Position numbers and translations under genes: made by a program. A stretch of DNA of 64,000 bases from positions 90,890-154,889 of the forward strand of contig JACKFJ010000001.1 of NCBI GenBank assembly GCA_020632535.1. The letters run 5' to 3'. Source of the DNA: Candidatus Omnitrophota bacterium (GTDB lineage Bacteria; Omnitrophota; Gorgyraeia; Zapsychrales; JANLHA01). Under the pieces are notes generated by a model. That model was given only the letters and a program-made list of their open reading frames with translations, did no database searches and had not been told where the DNA came from. Each line of letters opens with the position of its first letter. The first letter of the stretch is position 1. This document shows, in pieces, positions 1-8,618 of the stretch.

Positions 1-1713
1 CACATTCCGCATTTGGCGATTCAATATTGTTTATCTTCGGAAAATATTGACTGGAAAGACTTGGCGTTAATCGTTGTGTCCACATGCGTCGTCGTTAATT
101 ATCAAAATTACCATATCCGTTCACTCACCAAAGAAGAGATTCTCGCGCAGTTGCCTGCGCAAATTGATTCTAGCAAAGTCCATTTGATTGATCATCATAT
201 TGGTCACGCGGCGAGTGTTTTTTATCCGTCACCATTTCAAGATGCGGTCGTACTGATTTCGGATGGGGGAGGAAGCCTTGTTTCGACAGATGATTCAACC
301 AAACGGTATGAGGAGCGAATATCGATTTATCACGGTCAGGGAAATGAACTTAAGGTGTTAAAGCAATATTTTGATGGAGTCGCTTCGCCTTTGAAATTAG
401 CAAATCCTCAGCATTGTTCTCTTGGGGATTTTTATCAAAGCGCCACACTTTTTATCGGGTTTAAAGGCGGTGATGAAGGTAAAACGATGGGTTTGGCTCC
501 TTATGGGACGGACAAATATTTTAAAATCTTTCGTGATGCCATAACCCTTGAAAATGGCAAACTCGCTATTCGGCAGGATTTTCAATTTAACAAATGGATT
601 GATGAACGGCGTTTTCCTTATGGCGGGCAATTTGGATCGCCACGAAAGGCTGGCGAACCTATGCGTCAAGTTGATAAGGACATCGCGGCCGCGGTTCAAT
701 ATGCCACTGAAGAAATTTTAATCTTGCTTGCGCGGCAAGCGTATGAATTGACTGGTTCAAAGAATTTATGTCTTTCCGGCGGAGTCGCCTTAAATAGCGT
801 TGCCAATAAGAAAATTCTTGACGCCACTCCTTTTGAAAATATTTTTGTTCAACCCGCGGCCGGTGATGATGGATGCGCTTTTGGGAACGCATTTTGGGGT
901 TGGATTCATATTTTAGGAAAGAGTCGTAATTGGGAAATGCGTAACGCGTATACCGGTCGGGAATATTCAGAGACAGAAATTAACAAAGCCGTTGAGCAAT
1001 ATAAGAATTGGGTTACGATTGTCCAGACTCCGGATGTTGTCGACGAAACCAGTCGTCTGATCGCTGAGCGCAAAATTATCGGGTGGTTTCAGGGAGGTTC
1101 TGAATTTGGACCACGGGCTTTGGGGCATCGGAGTATTTTATGTGACACTCGCTTTGGCGAAATGAAAGATATCTTAAATGCCAAGGTTAAGCATCGGGAA
1201 GGTTTTCGTCCTTTTGCTCCGAGCATTTTGGAAGAATATAATCAGGAGTATTTTGAATTAGACGGCCCTAGTCCCTATATGCTTTTAATCGCGCAAGTTA
1301 AGAAGCCTGAATCAGTTCCAGCGATACGGCATGTGGACAATAGCGCGCGAGTTCAAACCGTCAATCGGCCGGATAATGGGATTTTTTATGATCTTATTGT
1401 CGCGTATCATAAGCGTACGGGTGTTCCGGTTGTGTTAAACACGTCGTTTAATGTCGATGGAGAACCGATTGTGGAGACTCCGCAAGATGCGATTCGCTGC
1501 TTTTTAGGGACGCATATGGACTATTTGGTGCTTGGCAAAACACTTTTAAGAAAACGCCCCTTTTTATGGATGATTTTTCATGCATGGCCGAAAGATTTGA
1601 AACGATTTTTCTATCAAATTATTAAGATTTTATTTTCTTGGTTTCCAATTTTGCAACAATTGAAAAAAGTGATCAAAGGAAAAAAACAACCTAGTCTTAA
1701 AGTCCCGGGTTAA
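1..1713 (+). CDS. Carbamoyltransferase (NodU/CmcH family), 5' end cut by window edge
   Basis: The frame of track ORF 13..1713 is open from base 1 (HIPH precedes the internal TTG at 13). Family-typical stretches: FYPSPF, SDGGG, GLAPYG, LSGGVALN, GPRALGHRSIL, FRPFAPS, NTSFNVDGEPIV. Confidence 0.85.
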   Translation, partial: HIPHLAIQYCLSSENIDWKDLALIVVSTCVVVNYQNYHIRSLTKEEILAQLPAQIDSSKVHLIDHHIGHAASVFYPSPFQDAVVLISDGGGSLVSTDDSTKRYEERISIYHGQGNELKVLKQYFDGVASPLKLANPQHCSLGDFYQSATLFIGFKGGDEGKTMGLAPYGTDKYFKIFRDAITLENGKLAIRQDFQFNKWIDERRFPYGGQFGSPRKAGEPMRQVDKDIAAAVQYATEEILILLARQAYELTGSKNLCLSGGVALNSVANKKILDATPFENIFVQPAAGDDGCAFGNAFWGWIHILGKSRNWEMRNAYTGREYSETEINKAVEQYKNWVTIVQTPDVVDETSRLIAERKIIGWFQGGSEFGPRALGHRSILCDTRFGEMKDILNAKVKHREGFRPFAPSILEEYNQEYFELDGPSPYMLLIAQVKKPESVPAIRHVDNSARVQTVNRPDNGIFYDLIVAYHKRTGVPVVLNTSFNVDGEPIVETPQDAIRCFLGTHMDYLVLGKTLLRKRPFLWMIFHAWPKDLKRFFYQIIKILFSWFPILQQLKKVIKGKKQPSLKVPG

Positions 1714-1715
1714 TT

Positions 1716-2690
1716 ATGGTAACGCTTAATTTATTAAAAAATCGAATTCGTAATATTGTTGGCCATCCACAATTGTCGCGGTGGATGTTTAAGGATACAG
1801 TTAGCCTTTTTGTTTATCACGATGTATCCGATGAGACAAGCTTATTTTGTCAGGCGCATGCCTTGAATGTCACTCCTTCGCAATTTGTTGAGCAGATGAA
1901 ATTTATAAGTGATCATTTTCATATGATCGATCCGGATGTTTTGTTAAAAGGTGATTTTCCAACACCGGCGGCTTTAGTCACATTTGATGATGGGATGTCG
2001 GGATATTTTAAAAATGCCGTGCCAATTATGGAAAAAATGAAAATTCCTTCACTGCTATTTTTAAATATGGCGCCAATTGAAGGAAAACTTTTTTGGTCGG
2101 GTTTGGTGACATATTTGACGGCTCATGACCCGAATTTTGTTAAATTTGTACAGGAAAGAAAGGGTGATCAATCTCATTTGCCTGCATTTCTACTGTGTGA
2201 TCCCCAAATGGTTACGGATTATGTTTCAGCGCATGGTGCAAGCGATTTGGAGGCGAGAGTACGGGCATATTATGGAGAGTTTGGGACAATTCGTGACCTT
2301 GAACAAGCCGCCAAAAATCCCTTTGTGTTTTATGGGAATCATTTATACAATCATTACAATGCCGCTTGGTTAACGGATGATGAATTACGGGAGCAATATT
2401 ATCAAAATCAAAAATCGATTGATCAGTTTTCCTGTGGGCGCAAACTTTTTGCGTATCCTTTTGGACAGCCGGGGAGTTGTTTTACGGTAAATCAAACACA
2501 AATTCTTAAGGATTGCGGGGCAGAGGCGGTGTTTTTTTCGGGTGGGGGAACAAATAAAGTCAATAAAAAGCAAGTTGTGTTTGATCGTGTTGGGGTTGAT
2601 CCCTACGTTAAGACCATTAATGATTTGAATAGTCGTCTGCAGGCTGGGAGTTTGCGCGCGGCACTACGAACATTTAAAAAGACTATATGA
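1716..2690 (+). CDS. Polysaccharide deacetylase family protein (NodB/CE4-like)
   Basis: 324-aa ORF starting 3 nt after the upstream stop. It has a NodB-type motif LVTFDDGMSGY and the downstream stretch FYGNHLYNHYN. Confidence 0.7.
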   Translation: MVTLNLLKNRIRNIVGHPQLSRWMFKDTVSLFVYHDVSDETSLFCQAHALNVTPSQFVEQMKFISDHFHMIDPDVLLKGDFPTPAALVTFDDGMSGYFKNAVPIMEKMKIPSLLFLNMAPIEGKLFWSGLVTYLTAHDPNFVKFVQERKGDQSHLPAFLLCDPQMVTDYVSAHGASDLEARVRAYYGEFGTIRDLEQAAKNPFVFYGNHLYNHYNAAWLTDDELREQYYQNQKSIDQFSCGRKLFAYPFGQPGSCFTVNQTQILKDCGAEAVFFSGGGTNKVNKKQVVFDRVGVDPYVKTINDLNSRLQAGSLRAALRTFKKTI

Positions 2691-3733
2691 AAAAAATTCT
2701 TAAATGCGGCATTGTTGGATATGGATATATGGGCGAAATTCGCCGAGCTGTGATTGAGCGCCATCCTGAATCCATGCAGCTTGTTGGAGTTTGCGATACT
2801 AATGAAGCCATTCGTGCCAAAATTGGCGGGGTAAGGACTTTTAGCAAACTCGAAGATTTATTAGCTACGAAAATTGACATCCTTTTTGTCTGCACACCTA
2901 ATTGTTTTTCTCCGGAAATTTGCATGACCGCCATGGACTTAGGCATTCATGTTTTTTGTGAAAAGCCCCCTGGCCGTGATGTCGACGATATTAAGAATAT
3001 TATCAGCCACGAAAAAAGTGGAACGAAGTTGATGTTTGGTTTTAATCATCGTTTTCATCCGGGTATTGTCAAAGCGAAAGTCATTATTGATAGTGGGAGA
3101 TTTGGACGCATTCTTAATTTGCGCGGGCTTTATGGCAAATCCGGCGGCATGCAATTTAAAAAATCGTGGCGTAATAATCGCGAGATTTCCGGCGGTGGTA
3201 TACTTTTGGATCAGGGCATTCATATGTTGGATTTGTTTTCGCATTTTTGTGGTGATTTTGAACAAGTTAAATGTTTTACGAATGATGATTTTTGGAAGTT
3301 TGCCGTTGAGGATAATGCTTTTGTTATCCTGCAGAATAAAAAAGGTCAGAGCGCGTCATGTCATTCTTCCGCCACATTTTGGAAGCACACATTTCGTCTT
3401 GATATTACGTTAGAAGAGGGGTACATGACTGTTGAAGGACTTTTGTCAAAGTCAGGCAGTTATGGACGGGAAAAGTTGATTGTTGCCAGCCGACAATTTG
3501 AAGACGCGGCCCATGCTGTTGGGAATCCATCGGAAGAAGTTACTTATTTTGACCGCGATCTTTCGTGGGATTTGGAAGTTGAAGAATTTGTTCGCTGCGT
3601 CAGCGACGATAAGCCAGTTACTACGAGTTCTTCTCAGGATGCTTTACGTGTTATGGAAATCATACAAAGGGCTTATGATGATGCTTTAAAAGCTAAACAA
3701 TCTAGCCAAGACCTGCACAAAACGAAACACTAA
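2687..3733 (+). CDS. Gfo/Idh/MocA family NAD(P)-dependent sugar oxidoreductase
   Basis: ATGA overlap with the upstream gene. N-terminal Rossmann stretch KCGIVGYGYMG, EKPP motif (FCEKPPGR), then GFNHRFHP. Confidence 0.85.
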   Translation: MKKILKCGIVGYGYMGEIRRAVIERHPESMQLVGVCDTNEAIRAKIGGVRTFSKLEDLLATKIDILFVCTPNCFSPEICMTAMDLGIHVFCEKPPGRDVDDIKNIISHEKSGTKLMFGFNHRFHPGIVKAKVIIDSGRFGRILNLRGLYGKSGGMQFKKSWRNNREISGGGILLDQGIHMLDLFSHFCGDFEQVKCFTNDDFWKFAVEDNAFVILQNKKGQSASCHSSATFWKHTFRLDITLEEGYMTVEGLLSKSGSYGREKLIVASRQFEDAAHAVGNPSEEVTYFDRDLSWDLEVEEFVRCVSDDKPVTTSSSQDALRVMEIIQRAYDDALKAKQSSQDLHKTKH

Positions 3734-3742
3734 TTACGGCCC

Positions 3743-4756
3743 ATGAAAAATATTGTTATTTCTGATGAATATAACCAAGTTGATTTAAAGCCTTCTGAGT
3801 TGGTTAAGCGTTATATTGCTTTAACGCAGGAGGATGTGCGTTATCTTTTGGCGTCAGCGAAATTAAGTCTTTGTAATTGTCCGGCTTGCGGTGCTAAAGA
3901 GCGCAAAACGTCTTTTGTGAAATTTTCTCTGACATACCAAGAATGTGGTCAATGCCACACTTTGTACGTTTCTCCTCGCCCGGATGATAAGACATTAAAT
4001 GATTATTATCTAAAGAGTGCCGCGCGGACATTTTGGCGTGATGAACTTTCTAAGGCTACCGATCGAAAGCGTAAGGAAAAGATTATTAAGCCTCGTTTTC
4101 AATGGATTTTGGAGTCGACAGGTGAATATTTTAAGACCGCGCAAACATGGGTTGATGTTAATACCGGTCAGTATAGTTACATTGACGCGATGGCGGATGC
4201 GAATATTTTTGCGAACAAAATCATTCTTAATCCGTATTTAAAAATTCAGCAAGGTGATTATCAGCGCGTTACGATTATACAAAAACCGTGGTGGGAGTAT
4301 TCTGTTCAAAATAAGGCTGATGTGATTTCGCTTTTTGAAGTTGCTGATCATACGTCGGATGTCGGCGGGTTGATGAAATTTGCAAATCACGTGTTAACAG
4401 ATGGCGGATTATGTTTTTTGACCACAATTTTGTCGTCGGGTTTTGATTTACAGGTTCTGTGGGATCAGGCTGATAATTTGTATCCGCCGGATCGTTTGAA
4501 CTGTTTTTCGATCAAAGGATTAAAAAGTCTTTTTGAAAAGCATGGTTTTGAATGTTTGGAATTTAGCACGCCCGGTATTCTTGACGTTGAAATCGTCGCG
4601 AAAGCTATGCAAGCGAATCCGGCATTAGATGTGCCGCGTTTTGTGCGTGATCTGATTGAAAACGGCGATGAAGAAGCCAAACGCAGTTTTCAGGAATTCT
4701 TACAAAGCGCGTGCATGAGTTCATATGGCCGGATATTGTTAAGAAAAAAATTTTAA
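3743..4756 (+). CDS. Putative SAM-dependent methyltransferase with N-terminal Cys4 zinc ribbon
   Basis: CNCPACG...CGQCH zinc-ribbon pattern. The C-terminal half reads like the class I MTase post-motif-I region (ADVISLFEVADHTSDVGGLMKFANHVLTDGGLCFLT). The glycine-rich motif I is degenerate. Confidence 0.5.
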   Translation: MKNIVISDEYNQVDLKPSELVKRYIALTQEDVRYLLASAKLSLCNCPACGAKERKTSFVKFSLTYQECGQCHTLYVSPRPDDKTLNDYYLKSAARTFWRDELSKATDRKRKEKIIKPRFQWILESTGEYFKTAQTWVDVNTGQYSYIDAMADANIFANKIILNPYLKIQQGDYQRVTIIQKPWWEYSVQNKADVISLFEVADHTSDVGGLMKFANHVLTDGGLCFLTTILSSGFDLQVLWDQADNLYPPDRLNCFSIKGLKSLFEKHGFECLEFSTPGILDVEIVAKAMQANPALDVPRFVRDLIENGDEEAKRSFQEFLQSACMSSYGRILLRKKF

Positions 4757-4789
4757 TTTGTCATTTGGGATGACGTGGGAGAAAAATTC

Positions 4790-5395
4790 ATGTCGTATAT
4801 AAACGATTACTGTCGTGAAGCAGGTCAAATAATCGCATCATTAGATCAGGGTCAAATCGAGAAAATGATTGAGATTCTATTGGATGTGCGTAAAGTTGGC
4901 GGCCGGATTTTTTTCCTCGGTGTTGGGGGTAGCGCCGCGAATTGCTCACATGCGGTTAATGATTTTCGTAAAATTGGCGGTTTTGAAGCGTATACACCTG
5001 TGGATAATGTCGCGGAATTAACCGCACGAACGAATGATGAAGGTTGGAATACCGTTTTTGAAGGCTGGCTCAAAGGTTCGCGGATTAATTCGAAAGACGT
5101 GGTGTTTGTTTTTTCTGTGGGTGGTGGCAGTAAGGAAAAGAATATCAGCGCGAATTTGGTTTATGGACTTGATGTTGCAAAAAGCGTAGGTGCAAGAATT
5201 TTGGGTGTTGTCGGACGCGACGGTGGATATACCGCGCAAGTAGCTGACGCGTGCGTGGTCATCCCACCACTGAATCCAGCGACAATTACGCCGCAATCCG
5301 AAAGTTTTCAGGCGGTGGTTTGGCACATGATCGTTTCTGATCCTCGCATTATGACAATGTCAAACAAGTGGGAGTCAGTCTCGGTAATTTCGTAA
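4790..5395 (+). CDS. SIS-domain sugar-phosphate isomerase (GmhA/phosphoheptose isomerase-like, no CBS domains)
   Basis: Track ORF starts at GTG 4775. ATG 4790 is preferred because GGGAG (4777-4781) lies 8 nt upstream. SIS signature IFFLGVGGSAANCSHAVNDF and VFSVGGGS. Confidence 0.75.
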   Translation: MSYINDYCREAGQIIASLDQGQIEKMIEILLDVRKVGGRIFFLGVGGSAANCSHAVNDFRKIGGFEAYTPVDNVAELTARTNDEGWNTVFEGWLKGSRINSKDVVFVFSVGGGSKEKNISANLVYGLDVAKSVGARILGVVGRDGGYTAQVADACVVIPPLNPATITPQSESFQAVVWHMIVSDPRIMTMSNKWESVSVIS

Positions 5396-5461
5396 ATTAA
5401 AATCACGTAGTCCCGATAGTTTTACTATTGCGGGACAAGTGGGAGTCAGTCTCGGTAATTT
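5364..5461. repeat. 27-bp perfect direct repeat (5364-5390 and 5435-5461) flanking a 44-bp insert with a bulged hairpin (5410-5436)
   Basis: ACAAGTGGGAGTCAGTCTCGGTAATTT occurs twice. Copy 1 is the 3' end of the SIS gene. Both copies continue with a similar stop-codon context (tcgTAA / tagTGA). The hairpin gtcccgatagt-ttt-actatTGcgggac resembles one arm of repeat family B. Confidence 0.8.
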
Positions 5462-5509
5462 AGTGAAACAAGATCACGCAGATTATTTATCAATAACATA
5501 GGAGTTCGA

Positions 5510-6190
5510 ATGGCAATTTTTCTCGACACGAGCAATATTACTGAAATCCGAAAATATAATAAGATGGGCATTGTTTTTGGTGTGACCACGAATCCGACTA
5601 TCCTTCACAAAGAGGGCATCAAGGGTGGCATGGGTGGATTGAAAGCCGCGATTCAAGAAGTCACACAATTGCTTGCTCCACATCCTGTTTCAGTCGAGGT
5701 TACAACGAATGATCCTAAGGAAATGCTTAAACAAGCTAAGGAAATGGCTGGGTGGGGTGATAATATTGTTGTCAAGATCACTGTGCATGGGCCGAAAGGT
5801 GAGCTTGATAATATGGAGATTATTCATGAATTGGAAACAAAGCACAATATTCGTGTCAATGTCACGGCGATGATGAGCGCGCAGCAATGTTTTTTGGCCG
5901 CGTTGGCTGGTGCAAGCTATGTGTCGATTCTCTCGGGGCGTGTTAATAATATGGGGTATAACTCCATTGAAGAAATTAAAAAACTTCGTTTTCTTTTAGA
6001 TCGTTATCAATTAAAGAGCAAAATCATTGCGGCTTCCACACGGGAAATTTTAAATGTCACGGAATGGCTTTGTGCTGGCGCAGACATTGTTACGGTCGCT
6101 CCAAATTTTATTGAAGGGATGCTCGTTCATCCTTATACAAAAGAAACTGTGCAGATGTTTTTGAATGATGCGGCAAAAGCGGGACATTGA
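5510..6190 (+). CDS. Transaldolase-family class I aldolase (fructose-6-phosphate aldolase / TalC-like, short form)
   Basis: RBS AGGAG at 5500-5504. MAIFLDTSNITEI...GVTTNPTIL, NIVVKIT (Schiff-base Lys context), NVTAMMSAQQCFLAALAGASYVS. The 226-aa size matches Fsa/type-3B transaldolases. Confidence 0.85.
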   Translation: MAIFLDTSNITEIRKYNKMGIVFGVTTNPTILHKEGIKGGMGGLKAAIQEVTQLLAPHPVSVEVTTNDPKEMLKQAKEMAGWGDNIVVKITVHGPKGELDNMEIIHELETKHNIRVNVTAMMSAQQCFLAALAGASYVSILSGRVNNMGYNSIEEIKKLRFLLDRYQLKSKIIAASTREILNVTEWLCAGADIVTVAPNFIEGMLVHPYTKETVQMFLNDAAKAGH

Positions 6191-6197
6191 TATTTAC

Positions 6198-6299
6198 CAT
6201 TGCGAGGAACGAAGTGACGAAGCAATCCATAGTAGATTGCCGCGTCGTTCCTGCGGAACTCCTCGCAATGATAACAGCGCCCTTCGGGCTCGCAATGGG
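6198..6299. repeat. Palindromic repeat family A, copy 1 (composite, with two right ends)
   Basis: CATTGCGAGGA (6198-6208) is the reverse complement of TCCTCGCAATG (6260-6270). An inner stem pairs GCAATC with GATTGC. A second right end, gcgcccttcgggCTCGCAATGgg, lies at 6277-6299. It shares 28 identical bases with the copy at 61109. Confidence 0.85.
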
Positions 6300-6333
6300 A
6301 TAAAAAAGGATACGCTAAAGGGATTTTTGTTAA

Positions 6334-7116
6334 ATGAACAATTTTCTTAAAACAAGACAATTGCTAAAGAAGAAGTTGCAGAATCGGGAAAAGATTTTTG
6401 GTTCATGGACGTCGTTGGCGCATCCGTCGATTACCGAAATTTTTACTCGTTCGGGAGTTGATTTTGTCGGCATTGATCTTGAGCATAGCACGATTAGTCA
6501 GGAACAGTCTCAACGTATCATTGCCACGGCGCAAGCCGGTGGTGTCGTGTGTTTGCCGCGCATTTCATCGCACAATCCCGAAATGGTTCGTCGTCTTTTA
6601 GATTCGGGGGCTGACGGGATGATTGTGCCGATGGTGCAAAATGCTGAGGATGTTAAAAAAATGATTGCTTGGGCTAAATATCCGCCGCTTGGTCGTCGTG
6701 GTTTTGGTGTTTCGCGCGCGCAAGGGTATGGCATGGATTTTACGGAGTACACCAAGACGTGGAATGCAAGTTCGATTATGATTGCCCAGATTGAATCGAT
6801 TGGCGCCGTGGAACGTATCGAAGAAATATTAGCTTTTAAGGAGTTAGATGGCGTGATGGTTGGGCCGTATGACATTTCCGGATCACTTGGCATCCCGGGA
6901 CAGATAGAGCATAAAAGTGTATTAGAAGCAGGTAAGCGTGTCATTGCGGCGTGCAAACGATATGGAAAAGCATGCGGGACACAAATTGTTGAGCCTAATG
7001 AACAGCGAATTAAGAAAGCGTTGGCTGCTGGTTTTACCTTTGTCATTTTGTCGTCAGATGTTTTCCTTTTATGGAAATGGGCGGATCAGATGAAAAGTTT
7101 AATCGCTCATAAATAA
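6334..7116 (+). CDS. HpcH/HpaI-family class II (pyruvate-dependent) aldolase
   Basis: FGSWTSLAHPSITEIFTRSGVDFVGIDLEHS, MVPMVQNAEDV, PLGRRGFG, AQIESIGAV, VGPYDISGSLG. This pattern is typical of 2-keto-3-deoxy-acid aldolases. Confidence 0.8.
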   Translation: MNNFLKTRQLLKKKLQNREKIFGSWTSLAHPSITEIFTRSGVDFVGIDLEHSTISQEQSQRIIATAQAGGVVCLPRISSHNPEMVRRLLDSGADGMIVPMVQNAEDVKKMIAWAKYPPLGRRGFGVSRAQGYGMDFTEYTKTWNASSIMIAQIESIGAVERIEEILAFKELDGVMVGPYDISGSLGIPGQIEHKSVLEAGKRVIAACKRYGKACGTQIVEPNEQRIKKALAAGFTFVILSSDVFLLWKWADQMKSLIAHK

Positions 7117-7119
7117 GAT

Positions 7120-7773
7120 ATGGCAAAATATCAAGCTGTGATTCTTGATTTCGATGGCGTGATTGTTGAGTCTGTTGGGATAAAAGACAATGCTTTTAAG
7201 GAACTGTTTAAGGATTTTCCCCAGCAACTTGGAAGCATTATGCAGTATCATCGCGCGAACAATGCCACAATCCGGTATGAAAAATTTAGATTTATTTATG
7301 AGGAAATTCTTGGTATCCCTTATACGTCTGACATTTCAGAATATTTGAACGCGCAGTTTTCTAAGATGATATTTGAGAAAATCGTGCTATGTCCTTTTGT
7401 AAATGGCGCGCAGGAATTTCTGGAGCATTTTGGCAGTCAATCCTTGTTGTATCTGGTTTCGGTAAATCCACTTGAAGAATTAAAGTCCATCCTTCGAGAA
7501 AGAAAGCTTAGTCAATTTTTTACAGAAGTGTATGCTCATCCGTGGGGCAAGGCGGACGCGATTCGTGATATTTTGCGTCGCAATGATTTTGCGGAAAGAG
7601 AAGCTGTGTTTGTTGGTGACAGCCCCGAGGATTATGAAGCTGCAAGCATGGCAGGAATTGATTTTGTGGGAAGACAGGCGAGCCGTTTGTGGGAGGGGAA
7701 GAATTGTGTGGTTCTAAATGATATGCGTGAAGTTTTAAATTATTTAAAAATCCAAGCGCAAGCAGTTCGTTAA
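7120..7773 (+). CDS. HAD-superfamily phosphatase (subfamily IA-like)
   Basis: Motif I VILDFDGVIVES, motif III K in GKADA, motif IV FVGDSPEDYEAA. It starts 3 nt after the upstream stop. Confidence 0.75.
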   Translation: MAKYQAVILDFDGVIVESVGIKDNAFKELFKDFPQQLGSIMQYHRANNATIRYEKFRFIYEEILGIPYTSDISEYLNAQFSKMIFEKIVLCPFVNGAQEFLEHFGSQSLLYLVSVNPLEELKSILRERKLSQFFTEVYAHPWGKADAIRDILRRNDFAEREAVFVGDSPEDYEAASMAGIDFVGRQASRLWEGKNCVVLNDMREVLNYLKIQAQAVR

Positions 7774-7791
7774 AAATACAATACAAAAATT

Positions 7792-8571
7792 ATGTCCGAT
7801 TACTTACAAAAAACTTTTAACTTAACAGGCAAAACTGCTGTAGTTATTGGTGGGGCGGGTTTTCTTTGTAGTGAAATGGCAATTGGTTTAGCCAATGCGG
7901 GCGTGAATATCGCTGTTCTCGACAAGAACGAAGAAAAACTTAAACCCATTATTGAGAAAATAAAAGTCCTTGGGGTTAAAGCGTGTGGAATTTCGTTGGA
8001 TGTTACAAAAAAAGAAAATCTGTTGGCTGCGAAAGATGATGTTTTAAAAAGATTTGGTAGTGTCGATATTCTGATTAATGGCGCTGGAGTCAACGCTCCG
8101 ACGCCATTTTTTGATATTAAGGTTGAGGAATGGCAAGCTATTTTGGATTCGCATATTACCGCGACATTTTTAGCGTGTCAGGTTTTTGGTGAGGAGATGG
8201 TTAAAAGCAAAAGTGGTTCTATTATCAATATGTCATCAGCTTCTGCCGGGCCGCCTTTGTCGAAGGCATTTACCTATTCGATAGCAAAGGCTGGAATTCG
8301 CAATTTGACACAGAATTTAGGGCGTGAGTGGGCTAAGTCCAATGTGCGTGTCAATTGTCTTCGCCCGGGATTCTTTCCGACGGAGTGGAGTAAAAAACAT
8401 TTTATTGATGAAGCACGCAATGCCGCGATTTTAAATCATACGCCGATGGGGCGTTATGGCAAACCTGAGGAATTGGTTGGCGCGGTTTTATGGCTTTCGT
8501 CCGACGCGGCAACATTTGTCACCGGCGCGGAAATTACCATCGACGGCGGTTTTACATGTATGACAATTTAG
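7792..8571 (+). CDS. Short-chain dehydrogenase/reductase (SDR)
   Basis: TGKTAVVIGGAGFLC cofactor motif, NGAG, and catalytic S...YSIAK (YxxxK). Confidence 0.85.
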   Translation: MSDYLQKTFNLTGKTAVVIGGAGFLCSEMAIGLANAGVNIAVLDKNEEKLKPIIEKIKVLGVKACGISLDVTKKENLLAAKDDVLKRFGSVDILINGAGVNAPTPFFDIKVEEWQAILDSHITATFLACQVFGEEMVKSKSGSIINMSSASAGPPLSKAFTYSIAKAGIRNLTQNLGREWAKSNVRVNCLRPGFFPTEWSKKHFIDEARNAAILNHTPMGRYGKPEELVGAVLWLSSDAATFVTGAEITIDGGFTCMTI

Positions 8572-8573
8572 AC

Positions 8574-8608
8574 AGATTGCTTCGGCGCCCTGTGGGCTCC
8601 TCTCAATG
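8574..8608. repeat. Repeat family A, right-half fragment
   Basis: agattgcttcggcgccctgtgggctcctctcaatga aligns with the right arm of copy 1 (agattgccgcgtcgttcctgcggaactcctcgcaatga). Confidence 0.55.
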
Positions 8609-8618
8609 AAAGTAAAGT

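Noticed and set aside
5364-5461. Possible mini-CRISPR array or attachment-site pair, because of the perfect 27-bp direct repeat.
   Set aside because: There are only two repeat units, the first is the coding 3' end of a gene, the spacer is a repeat-family hairpin, and no cas or integrase genes are present.
5497-5512. tRNA T-loop-like string GGAGTTCGAATGG.
   Set aside because: There is no acceptor, D or anticodon stem around it. It is the AGGAG ribosome-binding site plus the ATG of the Fsa-like gene.
6165-6350. 61-aa track ORF (…HCEERSDEAIHSRLPRRSCGTPRNDNS…) in the Fsa-HpcH spacer.
   Set aside because: It is the conceptual translation of palindromic repeat family A copy 1. It has no RBS, and the same DNA recurs at 61109 in a non-coding context.
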